A stretch of DNA of 64,000 nucleotides. It comes from Squalus acanthias. Taxonomy: Eukaryota. The DNA lies in the NCBI GenBank assembly GCA_030390025.1, contig CM059433.1:11534001-11598000 (forward strand), read 5' to 3'. The position numbers were made by a program, and so were the translations under genes. Shown here piece after piece: positions 36,236 through 48,366 of the stretch (position 1 is the first letter of the stretch; each line of letters begins with the position of its first letter). The notes below the pieces were generated by a model. The model had not been told where the DNA came from. It saw nothing but the letters and a program-made list of their open reading frames with translations, and did no database searches.

Positions 36236-38239
36236 AGGGACTGCTAGAGGCCTTTCAGAAAACATTCACGGAAAGCTTTTGAAATTACATTTGCGGGATC
36301 AGATGGTGCATGGATACTCCTTCTGGTCCCGCAGAAATCGTGCTGCTCGCTGCTGGTCTCCCCACGGCCTCCCACCCGCTGTCGCCTGCTACACCTGAAA
36401 ATGTCCCTCCTGGTTCAGCTCCACAGAGAAGTCGCTGCGAGAGATGGTCACTCCAGAAACAGCCTGCAACTTTTTGGAGGGGGTGGGGGGGATTTTTGTG
36501 GGACCAGTAGGAGCACCAGTCGCCTTCTTTCTCCCTTTTACTACTGATATCCAACTTGGCTCCTCCGTGGATCCACCAGATCCCCCGCACCCGCCCCCGC
36601 CATTGACGTAGCGAGCTGCTCGCCAGCGCTCATTGAGCACGCGGCAGCTCATCCAAATTATGCTGAGGAGGCCCAAACCTGAAAACGGTGATGTAACGCT
36701 AGGCCAAACAGATGGCTGTTAAGAAGGCTTGTAAAAGTGGACAGAGAAGTAGAGAATGGAGGGTTCAGGGAGAGAGTCAAGCTGTAACGGTTCGCGGAAA
36801 TGATTGAATACAGCTTGTGACAGGGTTTATTCTTCTGTAACGTTAGTTGAGTTTTGAGGCTAAAACAATATCATTAATTGCAGCAGATTGGGCTGCAGCA
36901 TGAGCAGGAGATTGATGGCTTAAGTTTACCAAGGGTAGACTGCACAGCGATCTGCTCGGACTGCCAGCATCAGCAAGTTACAAGCAGGATGATTAAAAAC
37001 TTCATTGTTGAAGTTGGTTTGTACATCCCACCTCGCCAAGAAGAAAAAAATAATAGTTTATGGAAAACAGCAGAGAAAACAATATAGACTGCAAACCGAG
37101 CAATGCATGCGCAGAGTAATGGGACTCAACAGGCCTGCCAAGGCACAACTTGCAAAAAGAGACAGATTGGCGATTATTCCCAGCACGATTTAAACTCTAC
37201 CAAAGAGCCAGTGAGCAATCACAAGGTAAGATCCTGACTGAATGATCAGCATTGTCCCAGTAATTCAACGAATCTTCAAGATGTTTGCGTCACCTCCAAT
37301 CCACTGTAGCTCCAATCTTGAGAGAACGGCAAAAATGGGGTTCAGTTGGGCCTTTGGAGTGGGCTGCACTGTGCCAGCATCTCAGGAAGCATTTAATTTT
37401 GCAATGGGAGTTCCCTCCCTCCTCCAAATTGTAATAGGCTATTAGCACATTTAAAACTGCCTGCATATCGTGACACCGCAAGTCCCGACCAGAATGGAGA
37501 AGGTTGGGTAATTCCCCCCGTCAATAATTGACTGGGATTGATTTTCCGCACATCATTTGTATAATGTAACTATCCTCCACTCACTGCATCTTGCTGGAAA
37601 AATAATCCTGCTGTACTTGAGAGACTCTGTTTGCTGTAGTTTCAATCATGAGTTCGGAGACTCTATAAATTAAAACCACGAGTCCCGCCTCACCTCCAAC
37701 TCATTGTCTGACACAGTGGTGTCAATCTTCACTTTGTAAAAGAACATTCCCAAAGAGCCTGGCTTGTAGCACACATGGCTGGGGAGTGTAAAATCAGGCA
37801 AGGCAGAGGATCTTAAAGGGCTGCAACTCACCAATAAAGAGGAAGCCATGGTGGCAGCAGAAAAGTGGACCAATTGTTCACAATGGCAAAGTAGAGGCAG
37901 GTGGGCAAAACTTTGATGCTGAACAGTTGGAGACCATTCTCTGGACCATTTCCAAAGCAAAGTAACCCTACTTGGGGCTAAAGGCCACCTTCAGTAAAAG
38001 CACAGGTTCCAACTGCATAGTTTCTGACTGTCTTCAGCCAATCAAGCACACCCCTCATACCTGTGTGCATATGAAGGTGTTTCCTACAACAACTTGCATC
38101 TATATAGCGCCTTTAACGTAGTAAAACTTCCCAAAAAGGAAGGTGAAAATAAGTGCGCTGCCCACTTTTACACACATTTGACACCCATCAAGCATAGCAC
38201 AAACCTAAGTTGGGAACTACCACACCCTCTGGGAAGTGC

Positions 38240-38874
38240 CATTTAAAGCAATGTGTACAAATATCACCCTTTTGTAGACACATAAGATACATGGCACATT
38301 TTCCTTCAAGGTGAAGATGTCAGCTGAGAAGGGGTTTCTCACTGGGGTCAGCAACCATGGAAGCTGTGGTTAGCCCTGGTCTCCTAAGAGTCATCGCCCC
38401 AATGTTTCTCCTCCTTTCAAAAATGGGGGGCAACCTGAGCATAATGAAAACATCTTGGCTGCATCCTGACTAATGGCTATCAACACACACATTGATGTTT
38501 CTGTGGTCAAATGCCATCTGAACATTGATTGAGTGGAAAGCCTTGTTGTTCACATGGGCTATGGGGCTGGTGTGAGGATTCCTGAGGTCCACGAGTGCCA
38601 TCTGCAACACCTTGCAGTTGAGGAAATGATTCAGCCCAGCAACAGCTCTGCGGCCTGTCCAGTTGCTGCTTCCTTTCCATAAACAAAGCGATAAAAGTAT
38701 TGCGCCTTGCAAACATAGGCCTGGAATTTCCATGGAGCTGCTCCTGCTCCACCATCGGAACTTCGCTAGCAGTGCAGCGGAAACCCCATTTACGTGCACA
38801 AATAGCATTTCCGCCGCACTTCCAGTGAAGCTATGACGGCAGAGTGGGACCAGCTCTGAGGAAATTCCAGACCA
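38240..38874 (-). pseudogene. Internally deleted Harbinger with transposase fragments
   Basis: FPQLQGVADGT, NKAFHSINVQMAFDH and LLGDQG*PQLPWLLTPVRNP on the minus strand; terminus GGAAATTCCAGACC. Confidence 0.8.
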
Positions 38875-38927
38875 TAATGTTTGTTACTTGCTTGTGATGT
38901 GTGCACTGTAGACGTCCTGAAGCAGTA

Positions 38928-39395
38928 AAAAGAAAGACTTGCATTTATACAGCACCTTTCACGACCACCGGACGTCTCAAAGCTCTTTACAGCCAATGAA
39001 GTACTTTTTGAAGTGGAGTCACTGTTGCAATGTAGGAAATGCGGCAGCCAATTTGCGCACAGCAAGCTCCCACAAACAGCAATGTGATAATGACCAGATA
39101 ATCTGTTTTTATATTGTTGATTGAGGGATAAATATTGCCCAGGACACCGGGGATAACTCCCCTGCTCTCCTTCAAAATAGTGCCATGGGATCTTTTACGT
39201 CCACCTGAGAGAGTAGACAGAGCCTCAGTTTAATGTCTCACCCTAAAGACGGCACCTCTGATAGTGCAGCACTCCCTTAGCACTGCACTGGAGTGTCAGC
39301 CTAGATTTATGTGCTCAAGGCCCTGGAGTGGGATTTGAACCTCACAACCTTCTGACTCAGAGACGAATGTACTACCCACTGAGCCACAGCTGACA
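38928..39395 (-). mobile_element. Deu-domain SINE (SacSINE1-like), full length
   Basis: Complete head, core and tail on the minus strand. Confidence 0.92.
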
Positions 39396-39529
39396 CCTGA
39401 CAGTAGGTGCCCTCTAGGGTGGCTTGTAAGGATCTGGTGGCATTCAGTTCATTCTATATATCCGATTTTTGGATTCTGCGCCATTTTTCCATGGAAAAAA
39501 TTTTGGTGTGATTTACATTAAAAAATATT

Positions 39530-39667
39530 GGGGGCAATTTTGACTTTAGGCAATAGTGTAAAGCGGGCAACATCAAAATATGAAATGAAAATCGGGAGAG
39601 ATGTATAACAGGCGGCTGACTCAATGTCACCCACTTTACACTGTCACCCAAAGTCAAAATTACCCCC
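39530..39667. mobile_element. 138-bp Tourist-like MITE
   Basis: About 45-bp imperfect TIRs GGGGGCAATTTTGACTTT.. and ..AAAGTCAAAATTACCCCC; TSD ATT; related copy at 61647-61760. Confidence 0.88.
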
Positions 39668-40159
39668 ATTACTTGTAAATGCAACCAGCTCTCTGGGGGA
39701 TCAAAATGACCACAGCAGCCAGAGGAGTGGGAGGGAGGGGGTTATTCAAACTATATGAACCAGCTTGTGGTATGTTACTACTTGCACACCAAGACAATAA
39801 GGGCTGGCTCCTCCTCCTCTGGCAGAGTTCGGGTGGGGTTGGACTTCTGCCGGCACCCCCCCCCCAAACTCTGCCGTAACCCCGACTCATTTCCCTGGGT
39901 CAGCGGCCATCAGAGATGTACAGTGGGCGCCCGGTGGGATTCCTGGCACCAAGAGGAAGCCCGCCAACGCCTGGCCTCAAAATTCCGGCGGTGCTGCAGT
40001 GGGACCATCTCTTCAGCACCAGGCGAGGCAGCCAGATACTTAAAGTGGAAGAAGAGCTTCGAACACCAGGAAATCTGCCACCCAGCGTGGCCTCTGCTGC
40101 AATGTCCTAACTCCAGTGACCCCGCGTTCTTCTCTTCCAGCCTGGCAGTAGGAATCCCA

Positions 40160-41030
40160 CCATTGACCAGAAACTTAACTGGACCAGCCACCTAACTCCT
40201 CAGATAATGAAGCAGTCCATGCCCGCATGCAACAAGACCTGGACGACGTTCAGGCTTGGGCTGATAAGTGGCAGGTAACATTCGCGCCACACAAGTGCCA
40301 GGCAATGACTATCTCCAACAAGCGAGAGTCTAACCACCTCCCCTTGACATTCAACGGCATTACCATCGCCGAATCACCCACCATCAACATCCTGGGGGTC
40401 ACCATCGACCAGAAACTTAACTGGACCAGCCACATAAATACTGTGGCAGCAAGAGCAGGTCAGAGGCTGGGTATTCTGCAGCGAGTGTCTCATCTCCTGA
40501 CTCCCCAAAGCCTTTCCACCATCTACAAGGCACAAGTAAGGAGTGTGATGGAATACTCTCCATTTGCCTGGATGAGTGCAGCTTCAACAACACTCAAGAA
40601 GCTCGACACCATCCAGGACAAAGCAGCCCGCTAGATTGGCACCCACCCACCACCTTAAACATTCACTCCCTCCACCACCAGCGTACCGTGGCTGCAGCAA
40701 CTCGCCAAGGCTTCTTCGGCAGCACCTCCCAAACCCGCAATCTCTTCCACCTAGAAGGACAAGGGCAGCAGGCGCATGGGAACACCACCACCTCCAAGTC
40801 CCCCTCCAAGTCACACACCTGACTTAGAAGTATATCGCCGTTCCTTCATCATCGCTGGGTCAAAATTCTGGAACTCCCTCCCTAACAGCACTGTGGGAGT
40901 ACCTTCACCACATGGACTGCAGCGGTTCAAGAAGGCGGCTCACCACCACCTTCTCAAGGGCAATTAGAGATGGGCAATAAATGCTGGCCTTGCCAGTGAC
41001 AGCCGACATCCCATAAACAAATTTTTTTTA
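40160..41030 (+). mobile_element. CR1-group LINE family 2, 5'-truncated
   Basis: ORF 40227-40634 is nearly identical to the matching part of 35367-36218; same 3' tail. Confidence 0.93.
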
Positions 41031-41044
41031 AAGGAGCCTACGCT

Positions 41045-41658
41045 GTGAGGCCAATGACCCGGGAATAGGAGTCGGGGTCACTACTCTGACCCAGAGAGGA
41101 AAATCCAGGCTATTATATCAGAATGGTCCCATTTATTTGGCGGATGGGGTGGGATGTTGGTGGGGAGGAGCTCACTAGCAGGCCTGATTTGCAACGCTTC
41201 TGACCAAGGGGCGATATCAAGAACCAAACTCCAACGTCCTGGGAGACAGAAAACAAGAGAATAAAGACCCACACGTCATGAATTGAGTTTGTGAAGTTTG
41301 CTGAGAGGGTGGGCACTAAGGTCCAGGCAGGGCTCCTTTAAGAGTAAAGCGGGCCTTGGCTTAGCTAGCTGGCCAGATTCCAGTGAAAAAGACTGTCTAG
41401 CAAAGGTGAATATATTTAGCCTGCTAAAAGGGACAATGTGGTGTATTTTTTTTTGTCGTGAGAATGGTACTGAAGGTCGAAACTGAAGGTGAGATTTGAT
41501 TATAAATGTTACTCTGTACTTTCACTTGCTGGCTGTAAAGTAAAGCAGTTTAACAGCTCATATCTGGGCTCATCATGTTTTCACTCCGCCTATTGAACGA
41601 TCAGAGAAGCGTACGTGAGAGCACGTGCGAAAGACACAATAATCCAGTTCACATCACA
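41045..41658. mobile_element. Possible solo LTR
   Basis: TGTGA..TCACA termini and an AGTAAA-type polyA candidate; no matching TSD found. Confidence 0.35.
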
Positions 41659-42509
41659 AGAGGTAATTATTGTTACGCCCCCAGGTTATGCAATCGTATG
41701 ATTAGATATTGGCCAGTACGGGTGCACTCCTGAATGTAAGACAAAGGGACCACTTACAGGAGTGACCAGAGCCATTGAACCCGGGAGAACATCTAAGGCT
41801 GACCTGAAATTTGGAACACTGTGGTAACCCTCACTTCTACAGGAAGAGCCATTTCTGTTCCCAATGCTGTCTGGAGGTCATCATGCGATAGATAATCCAA
41901 CACTGTGACAGCCTTTCTTGTGAAGTGGAGACAGGTCTCCACTAGCAGCATGTCCATGTATGCGATGACCTGCCTATAAGCACCAGTCTTTTGGTAGTGA
42001 TGGTTGTGGACAATTCCTCTTCCTCATCTAAATCATGCCGTGCTAAGGGAACCAGCAATGAAACGTCCATCCTCACCACACCAGTTTGAATGGAGCAATT
42101 TAAGTGGCAGCAAGAACCAAGCAAAGGAAGGAAAACACTGGCAGGAAAAATGCAAAAGTGATAAGACTGCTGAACAAAACCAGCGAATGCAAAACCTTGA
42201 CTTCAATGGAAATAAAAATCAGGAGAGATGTGAAACAGGCTGCCGACTCGCTGTTATCCACGTTACACTATCGCACAAAGTCAAGATCTACCCCAATGGC
42301 TCTTAGCCCTTTGCTTTGGTGTCTCTAAAAAAAAATGTATCTTCATTGTTTGCCTCTGCTGCCATCTACTGAAAATATAGTAGAGCACCAGACTGCCCGG
42401 AGACCAATGGCTTGGAATGCACATTGAATCCCTGCACAGGAAATCGTGAATATTTTTCAAGTGTGGTTAAATCGAGTTAATTTAGCCAAAGGATGTCACA
42501 GAGAACATT

Positions 42510-45225
42510 AGGGATTTTAACTTGGGGCGCGAGTGCGACACGCAGGGGGTGGGGTGAGGAGCAAGCTGGCATAACCACGCCATCGTGAGGCCAGGCCATT
42601 TTAGAAACATAGAAACATAGAAAAATAGGAGCAGGAGTAGGCCATTTGGCGCTTGGAGCCTGCTCCGCCATTCAATATGATCATGGCTGATCCTCTATCT
42701 CAATACCATATTCCCGCTCTCTCCCCATAACTCCCAAGCCTAATTTCCATTTGAGTGATGGGCTGCCGTATGACGATCGTGTCAGGAATCGGGCAGCCTG
42801 CCCACCTACTGCGCACAATTTCAGGCACAACTCCCGAGGACTATTTAAAGCAAGGTTGCACCCACTCCGTGGATTTTTCATTGTTCAACTCTGCAAGGTA
42901 GCTTGACTACTGAACTGAGTCGAAGGTCAGCCCCTGGCTCTTCTGAAGTCTCACTGGAGGTCCTGGTGGAAAAGTTCAGGGCAAGAAGTGGGGTAATGTT
43001 CTCCAATAGGCATGGGAGCATCCCCAGGGACACAGTTGTGCAGGCCTAGACAGAGGTGGCTGACAGGGACCTGCATCAGCCCCCAGGACATAGCTTCAAT
43101 ATAAAAGAAGGTTCAATGACCTCACAAGAGCAGCAAGGGTGAGTATAGCTCTTCATCTTTCCAGAACCTGACAACACTCCTGTCACTCCTGTCACCCCCA
43201 CCCCCCGTCCCCCCCCACCACGCTCAACAATTCTCCACTCTCCATTACATTTTTCAACATACAATCACAAGGGCCCACTGCAACACCTCTTTCTCATTCT
43301 AAACACACTCACCTCTTCCTTTCCTCTCTTCACACCACACACTAACACCATTCTCTTCTCACATATTACCAGTTGCACAACCGCCAACTCCTCCCAGCAC
43401 TTTTTCCTCACTTCACATTCCCCGCACTTGGCTTTATATTCACCCCCACCCCATCCTCATTCTATCTTGCTTCTTCTCCACCTCTCAACACATGCACAAT
43501 ATGCAGAACCCCCACACATCTCCACTTACCTTTTAACAGCCACTCACTAACTATCACCCTCTCTTTCTGCAGAACAAGACTGCGCATAATGTGAGGGAGA
43601 GGACCAAGATGGGTAGAACATAAGAACATAAGAAATAGGAGCAGGAGTCGGCCATTCGGCCCCTCGAGCCTGCTCCGCCATTCAATAAGATCATGGCTGA
43701 TCTGATCTTGGCCTCAACTCCACTTTCCTGCCCGCTCCCCATAACCCTTGATTCCCCTATTTTTCAAAAATCTGTCTATCTCCGCCTTGATATACTCACT
43801 GACTCAGCCTCCACAGCTCTCTGGGGTAGAGAATTCCAAAGATTCACGACCCTCTGAGAGAAGAAATTTCTCCTCTTTGAGATCAGTGGGCCAGGCTGAC
43901 CCATGCGTATCGGGGAAGGCGAGACTGGCGGCGTATCTGAGCTGGGCGTCTGCTTTTTACTTGTAGCCCTTCATTCACCTCAGCAAATATGCAGCAAGCT
44001 TTACAGCTTTAAGCTACATTTTCAAGACTGCCAACTCCTCACGTCCAGCTTCTCTGTGCTGTCCTAACTCTTGTCCCTTTTCTCTTTCCGCTGGGTCCTT
44101 CTCAACAGAAGAGAGCTCTGGAAGAAGACACTCGGAAAAGGACAGTCTTGCTCAGGGTGCAGCATCACATGCTTCATTCCTCTCAAGCACCAGCACAGAG
44201 ATTGACACCCCACTTAGGTTAGAGAGTGAGATAGAGGGTGTCATAAATCGCAACTTCTACAAGAAGTAACTCAGGTAGTACTACTGGGCGGCCAGCTGGG
44301 GCACCGTCCGGGGAGTATAAATACTCGGGTGTGGGCCCACCTTGGGCAGAGACAATCTGGAAACAGGAAGCTAGTGACTGCTAACTAGACCTTCATGTTT
44401 TGTTACAAGTCGATTAAAGCCTTGCTTTATGTTCAACCAAGTGTATAGTGAGTCTTTATTACGTCAGAGAGCTCTATACTTGGTGAATCACTGAACCAGA
44501 GCAGCAGGTACTGGCGGCAGGGATAGCCCGGAAGAGCGCTCACCAGATGGCAAGGTCCTCTCCCAGCTCTGCTGAGGAAGACAGCAGCAAGGACCTCAGG
44601 GACTCTGCCATGAAAAGAAAACTGCTAGCCTCACACAAGCAGTTGTATCAGGTATTGGAAGGCCTGCCAAGGGGTTTCCGCACTATGGCTGAAAGTATAA
44701 GAGGAGTTCATTTCCAACCTGTATCATCTCGCATGGCATCGGCGCTGTGGATTCTACACTGGAGGGAGTGGTCACCTCCAGGGACACTGCAGCTGGGCCC
44801 TCACAACAGGAGTCACAATGTCACCAGCCTTTGCAGCTTTAGTGGAAGCTCAAATGGCTACCCTACAGACTCTGGGCTCCACCTTGGAGAGATTGGGGGA
44901 GCAAATGGATAGAGGCTTTGAAGGAGTCGCTCATCATCTGCAGTTTGCTCTCACGCCGACCAGTGAAAATCATGATCCCAGGCCCACGGAGTGACAGTGG
45001 TGCTATGGGGTTGGTATGTGCTGCCTTCTCGCAGGATGTCAGCGCACCTGCTCCCTCGCCAACCGCTCAACCAATACCCGCCATGGTGCCAGCAACTGAG
45101 CCGGGCAAAACTGCCCCTGCAGCAGCCAAAGTCCAGCAGTCTGCAACTGAGCTTTCACAGGATCGAGCACCCAGAAGTCACCGGTCACGAGCATCTGAGG
45201 GCTCCCAACATGAGGAACAGTAGCT
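42510..45225 (+). pseudogene. Harbinger remnant with a spliced Myb/SANT gene and nested CR1 tails (42600-42730, 43615-43878)
   Basis: Degenerate SEVSLEVLVEK..RRFNDLTRAAR; donor GTGAGT at 43139; acceptor TTTCTGCAG ending 43572 then NKTAHNVRERTK; later region homologous to 63430-64000. Confidence 0.8.
44239..44466 (+). mobile_element. 228-bp solo LTR
   Basis: TGTCATAA..TTACGTCA termini; TATAAATA at ~44316; ATTAAA at ~44413; 5-bp flanks GAGGG/GAGAG; absent from the homologous Myb exon at ~63560. Confidence 0.75.
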
Positions 45226-46195
45226 TTCCCCCAGCTTTGCAGAGACCCTTAAAACCCTCTCCCATGCCCCCTTCACCCTCACCTTAAACAACTTTGTCAC
45301 TAAGATTGAGACCATCCATTCAGCTGTCTCTGTTGCAACCCTTCCTTCCCCTTGACCACCAAGCCACGCTGTGCCCAGAGATTCCCCCCGCCCTAGCCCA
45401 GAACCCACACCATTCTCTAGCTGCTCTCCTATCTCCCCTCATGCCCTCTCTGGGCTCATCCTGTCCATGAGACCCACCTCTTGCTCTCTCTCCCTATTCC
45501 CACTAAACTGCTAACCACCCAACTCCCCTTCCTGGTCTCCATGCTAGCTAATATTGTTCACGGTTCCCTCTCCTCAGGTACTGTCGTCCTCCCCTTCAAA
45601 TTTGCCGTCATCACCCCTCTCTTCAGAAAACCCACCCTTGACCTTCTGTCCTTGCAAACTACTGTTCCAACTCCAACCTCTCTCTCTCCTCTCCAAAGTC
45701 ACAAATCCGAGCCCATCTTTCTCGCAACTCCATGTTTGAACCTCGCCAATCAGGTTTCTGCCCCTGTCACAGCACTGAAACGGCCCTCAGCAAAGGCCAT
45801 GAAGTTGGGAGTGTGAAAACTCTGTGTGGGAATAGTTTTTTCAAGAGGTGCACAGAGAAGGAAGTGGGGTTGGAAGGAGAAAGGGATATGTGAGTGGTGA
45901 GGGATACAAGGAAATGATCAGAGGTCTGTGACTGAGCTGATGGGAATAGATAGACCACATGAGATGGCAAGATCGAGGGGGGAGATATGAATATGGGTCG
46001 GAGAGTTTATAAGGAGAGAGAGTTTTAAGGGAAGATGGCAGGGCAGTGAACTCAGAGGAGAGAGGGCATGGTGAATTGAGATGAAGGTTGACATCACCGA
46101 GGATGAGGATTCGTTCAGTGCAGAGGCCGAGGGAAGAAAGGAGTGAAGATGCCTTGGTGAGAAACTCGATGTGGGGCTCGAGAATGAGGATTCCA
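45225..46195. mobile_element. L2-clade LINE fragments in opposite orientations
   Basis: Plus strand PIPTKLL..LANIVHGSLSSGTV..FKFAVITPL; minus strand endonuclease-region remnants (SPTH..LDL, SDHFLVS). Confidence 0.8.
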
Positions 46196-46711
46196 TAGTA
46201 AAGCTTCTTTTAAGAAAACCGCTATGGGTTGATCACTTGGGTGTGAAATAAATGGAAAGCAATTATTATGTTTGCCTTTAAATTAATCACCTTTATCACA
46301 TTTGGCACTTTTGATCTGCACTATGGTTTAATAGCAGCTTCTGAGTCCGCCTTGTCAGAACGTCATTGATATATTTGTTGGCTGAATGGTTTAATTGTTC
46401 GTTAATGCGGGATGAAAGAAGTGGTGAAGGATGTAACAAGGACTGTTAATGCAGGCAGGCTCTGTGCCAGTTTTAAAGGCGAAGGAATGAGCAAGGTGCC
46501 GTAATCGTTGAGCAATTAGCTGATCCCTCACATCTCTTGCTGCAAGTTGTTGAGATGGCTCTCCACCAAGTGCTGCTTCCTCGCCTTCTGCTTGGCCTTA
46601 CTCATCTGAAGAGGACTATCGCTGCTGCCGTGCCCCCTCCAAATGCAAGCCTCTCTGTGTGACAAGGTTGTGCAGTAGGCAGCACGTTACAATGATGTGG
46701 GAGCAACCTTG

Positions 46712-47032
46712 TAGAAACATAGGAGCAGGAGTCGGCCATTCGGCCCTTCGAGCCTGCTCCGCCATTCAATATGATCATGGCTGATCCTCTATCTCAATAC
46801 CATATCCCCGCTCTCTCCCCATACCCCTTGATGCCTTTTGTGTCTAGAAATCTATCTATCTCCTTCTTAAATATATTCAGTGACTTGGCCACCACAGCCT
46901 TCTGGGGTAGAGAATTCCACAGGTTCACCACCCTCTGAGTGAAGAAATTTCTCCTCATCTCAGTCCTAAATGTCCTACCCCCGTATCCTGAGACTGTGAC
47001 CCCTCGTTCTAGACCACTCAGCCAGGGGAAGC
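46712..47032 (-). mobile_element. CR1 3' end
   Basis: FRTEMRRNFFTQRVVNLWNSLPQKAV plus terminal stem-loop. Confidence 0.92.
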
Positions 47033-48241
47033 ATATTGAAGAGAGCCCCAAAACCTGTCAGCACACCTGAGCGTTCACCATCCCAATGGTGTGCTCAATA
47101 ATGATCCTAATGGCCTCCTGCCTTTGATTATACCTGTGTTGCTCAGGTCTGGTGGGGTTTCAGAGGGGCATCATGAGCCACGAGTGTAGTGAGTATCCCT
47201 TGTCCCCAGCAGCCAGCCTGCCATGTTCCCGGGAGGGTTGATTATTGGGGAGACGGTAGAGTTTTTGCAGGGCAAAATGCCCTCTCAAGACCTGAATGTA
47301 ATGTATAATAGTTTACAGAATCCAATAAGTCGGCGAACTGATGTCCTACAGAATGTGCGCTCGCCAGCTTTAAAAGGTTAAATGGTAGAGGGGATGTTGT
47401 TAGTTCACTTTACAGATTTCTCTTTTCCCATGAAATGTTAATGTATCCCTTAGACAGCAACAGAATTTCTCCCTGCATAAGTATCACCGTGAAGCTGTCA
47501 AAACAAGCCCTTTTAGGTTTAAGGCAATGTGACAGTACACACAGTTGCTTAATGCTAATCAGCACATATTTCATGGTCTTCGTGCAGTTTTTCTTATTTT
47601 GGTAACATCAAAACCCACGGCTTTGCAATCTGAATTCCCTGCCCCTTTATCACATTCTACAACATTGTATTAAACATATTGTAAAAATACAACTGAAGTG
47701 AAATAAGACCCATTTCTAATGGACTGTCCTTGTCCAGACGTCACATTTCCTTCACTCAGCTAAAAATATTGCTGCCATGCTGAGTTTAAGTGGTTGCAGG
47801 CACTCGGTAGTGTGGAAAGAGTAGAGGAAACAGCAAAGTTGTTTCAGACAGATAATTTTATTGAAAAAAATATATGTTACATTCTTACTCATGCTCCACG
47901 CTGGCCCCTGCTCCTGTTTATCACCAGGTTTCACTGGTGGCTCCAGTACTCGGTGTCGCCTGCGCGGTCCATCGTTAAAATCGCATCAGGGGTCCTGATT
48001 GCACCGTGGCACGCTGACTCTTACCGTATTAATGAGGCGGTCGTCTGCCTGCGGCAAGCGCCGCCGAAGCTTCCCAAAATGGCGGCGGGCGGGGGCTGGG
48101 CGCGAAGGGAGGTAAGTGCTCTACCCACAACCTGCCCCATTCTTGTCAGATGCAGGAGGTTAAACTTGGGGCTCCGGAGTCTGTTAGGTAGACACGCGGT
48201 GCTTTCGTGACGATCATGACGGCAAGCGCAGCTATTTCTAA

Positions 48242-48341
48242 AATAAAAACAGACAATGCCGGAAACACTCAGCCGGTCGGGCAGCATCTGCTGGAGAGAG
48301 AAACAGAGTTAACGTTTCAGGTCGATGACCCTTCGTCAGAA
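48242..48341 (-). mobile_element. 100-bp Penelope-derived unit (hammerhead plus tail)
   Basis: 13-bp TSD CAGCTATTTCTAA at 48229-48241 and 48342-48354. Confidence 0.88.
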
Positions 48342-48343
48342 CA
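48307..48343 (-). ncRNA. Minimal type I hammerhead ribozyme motif
   Basis: Minus strand GTT-CTGACGA-AGGGTC-ATC-GACCT-GAAA-CG-TT-AACT. Confidence 0.78.
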
Positions 48344-48366
48344 GCTATTTCTAATCCTGGAATTCA

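Noticed and set aside
41942..42328. Purine-rich ORFs after the possible LTR as a gag remnant
   Set aside because: No primer-binding site, zinc knuckle or other retroviral motif recognised
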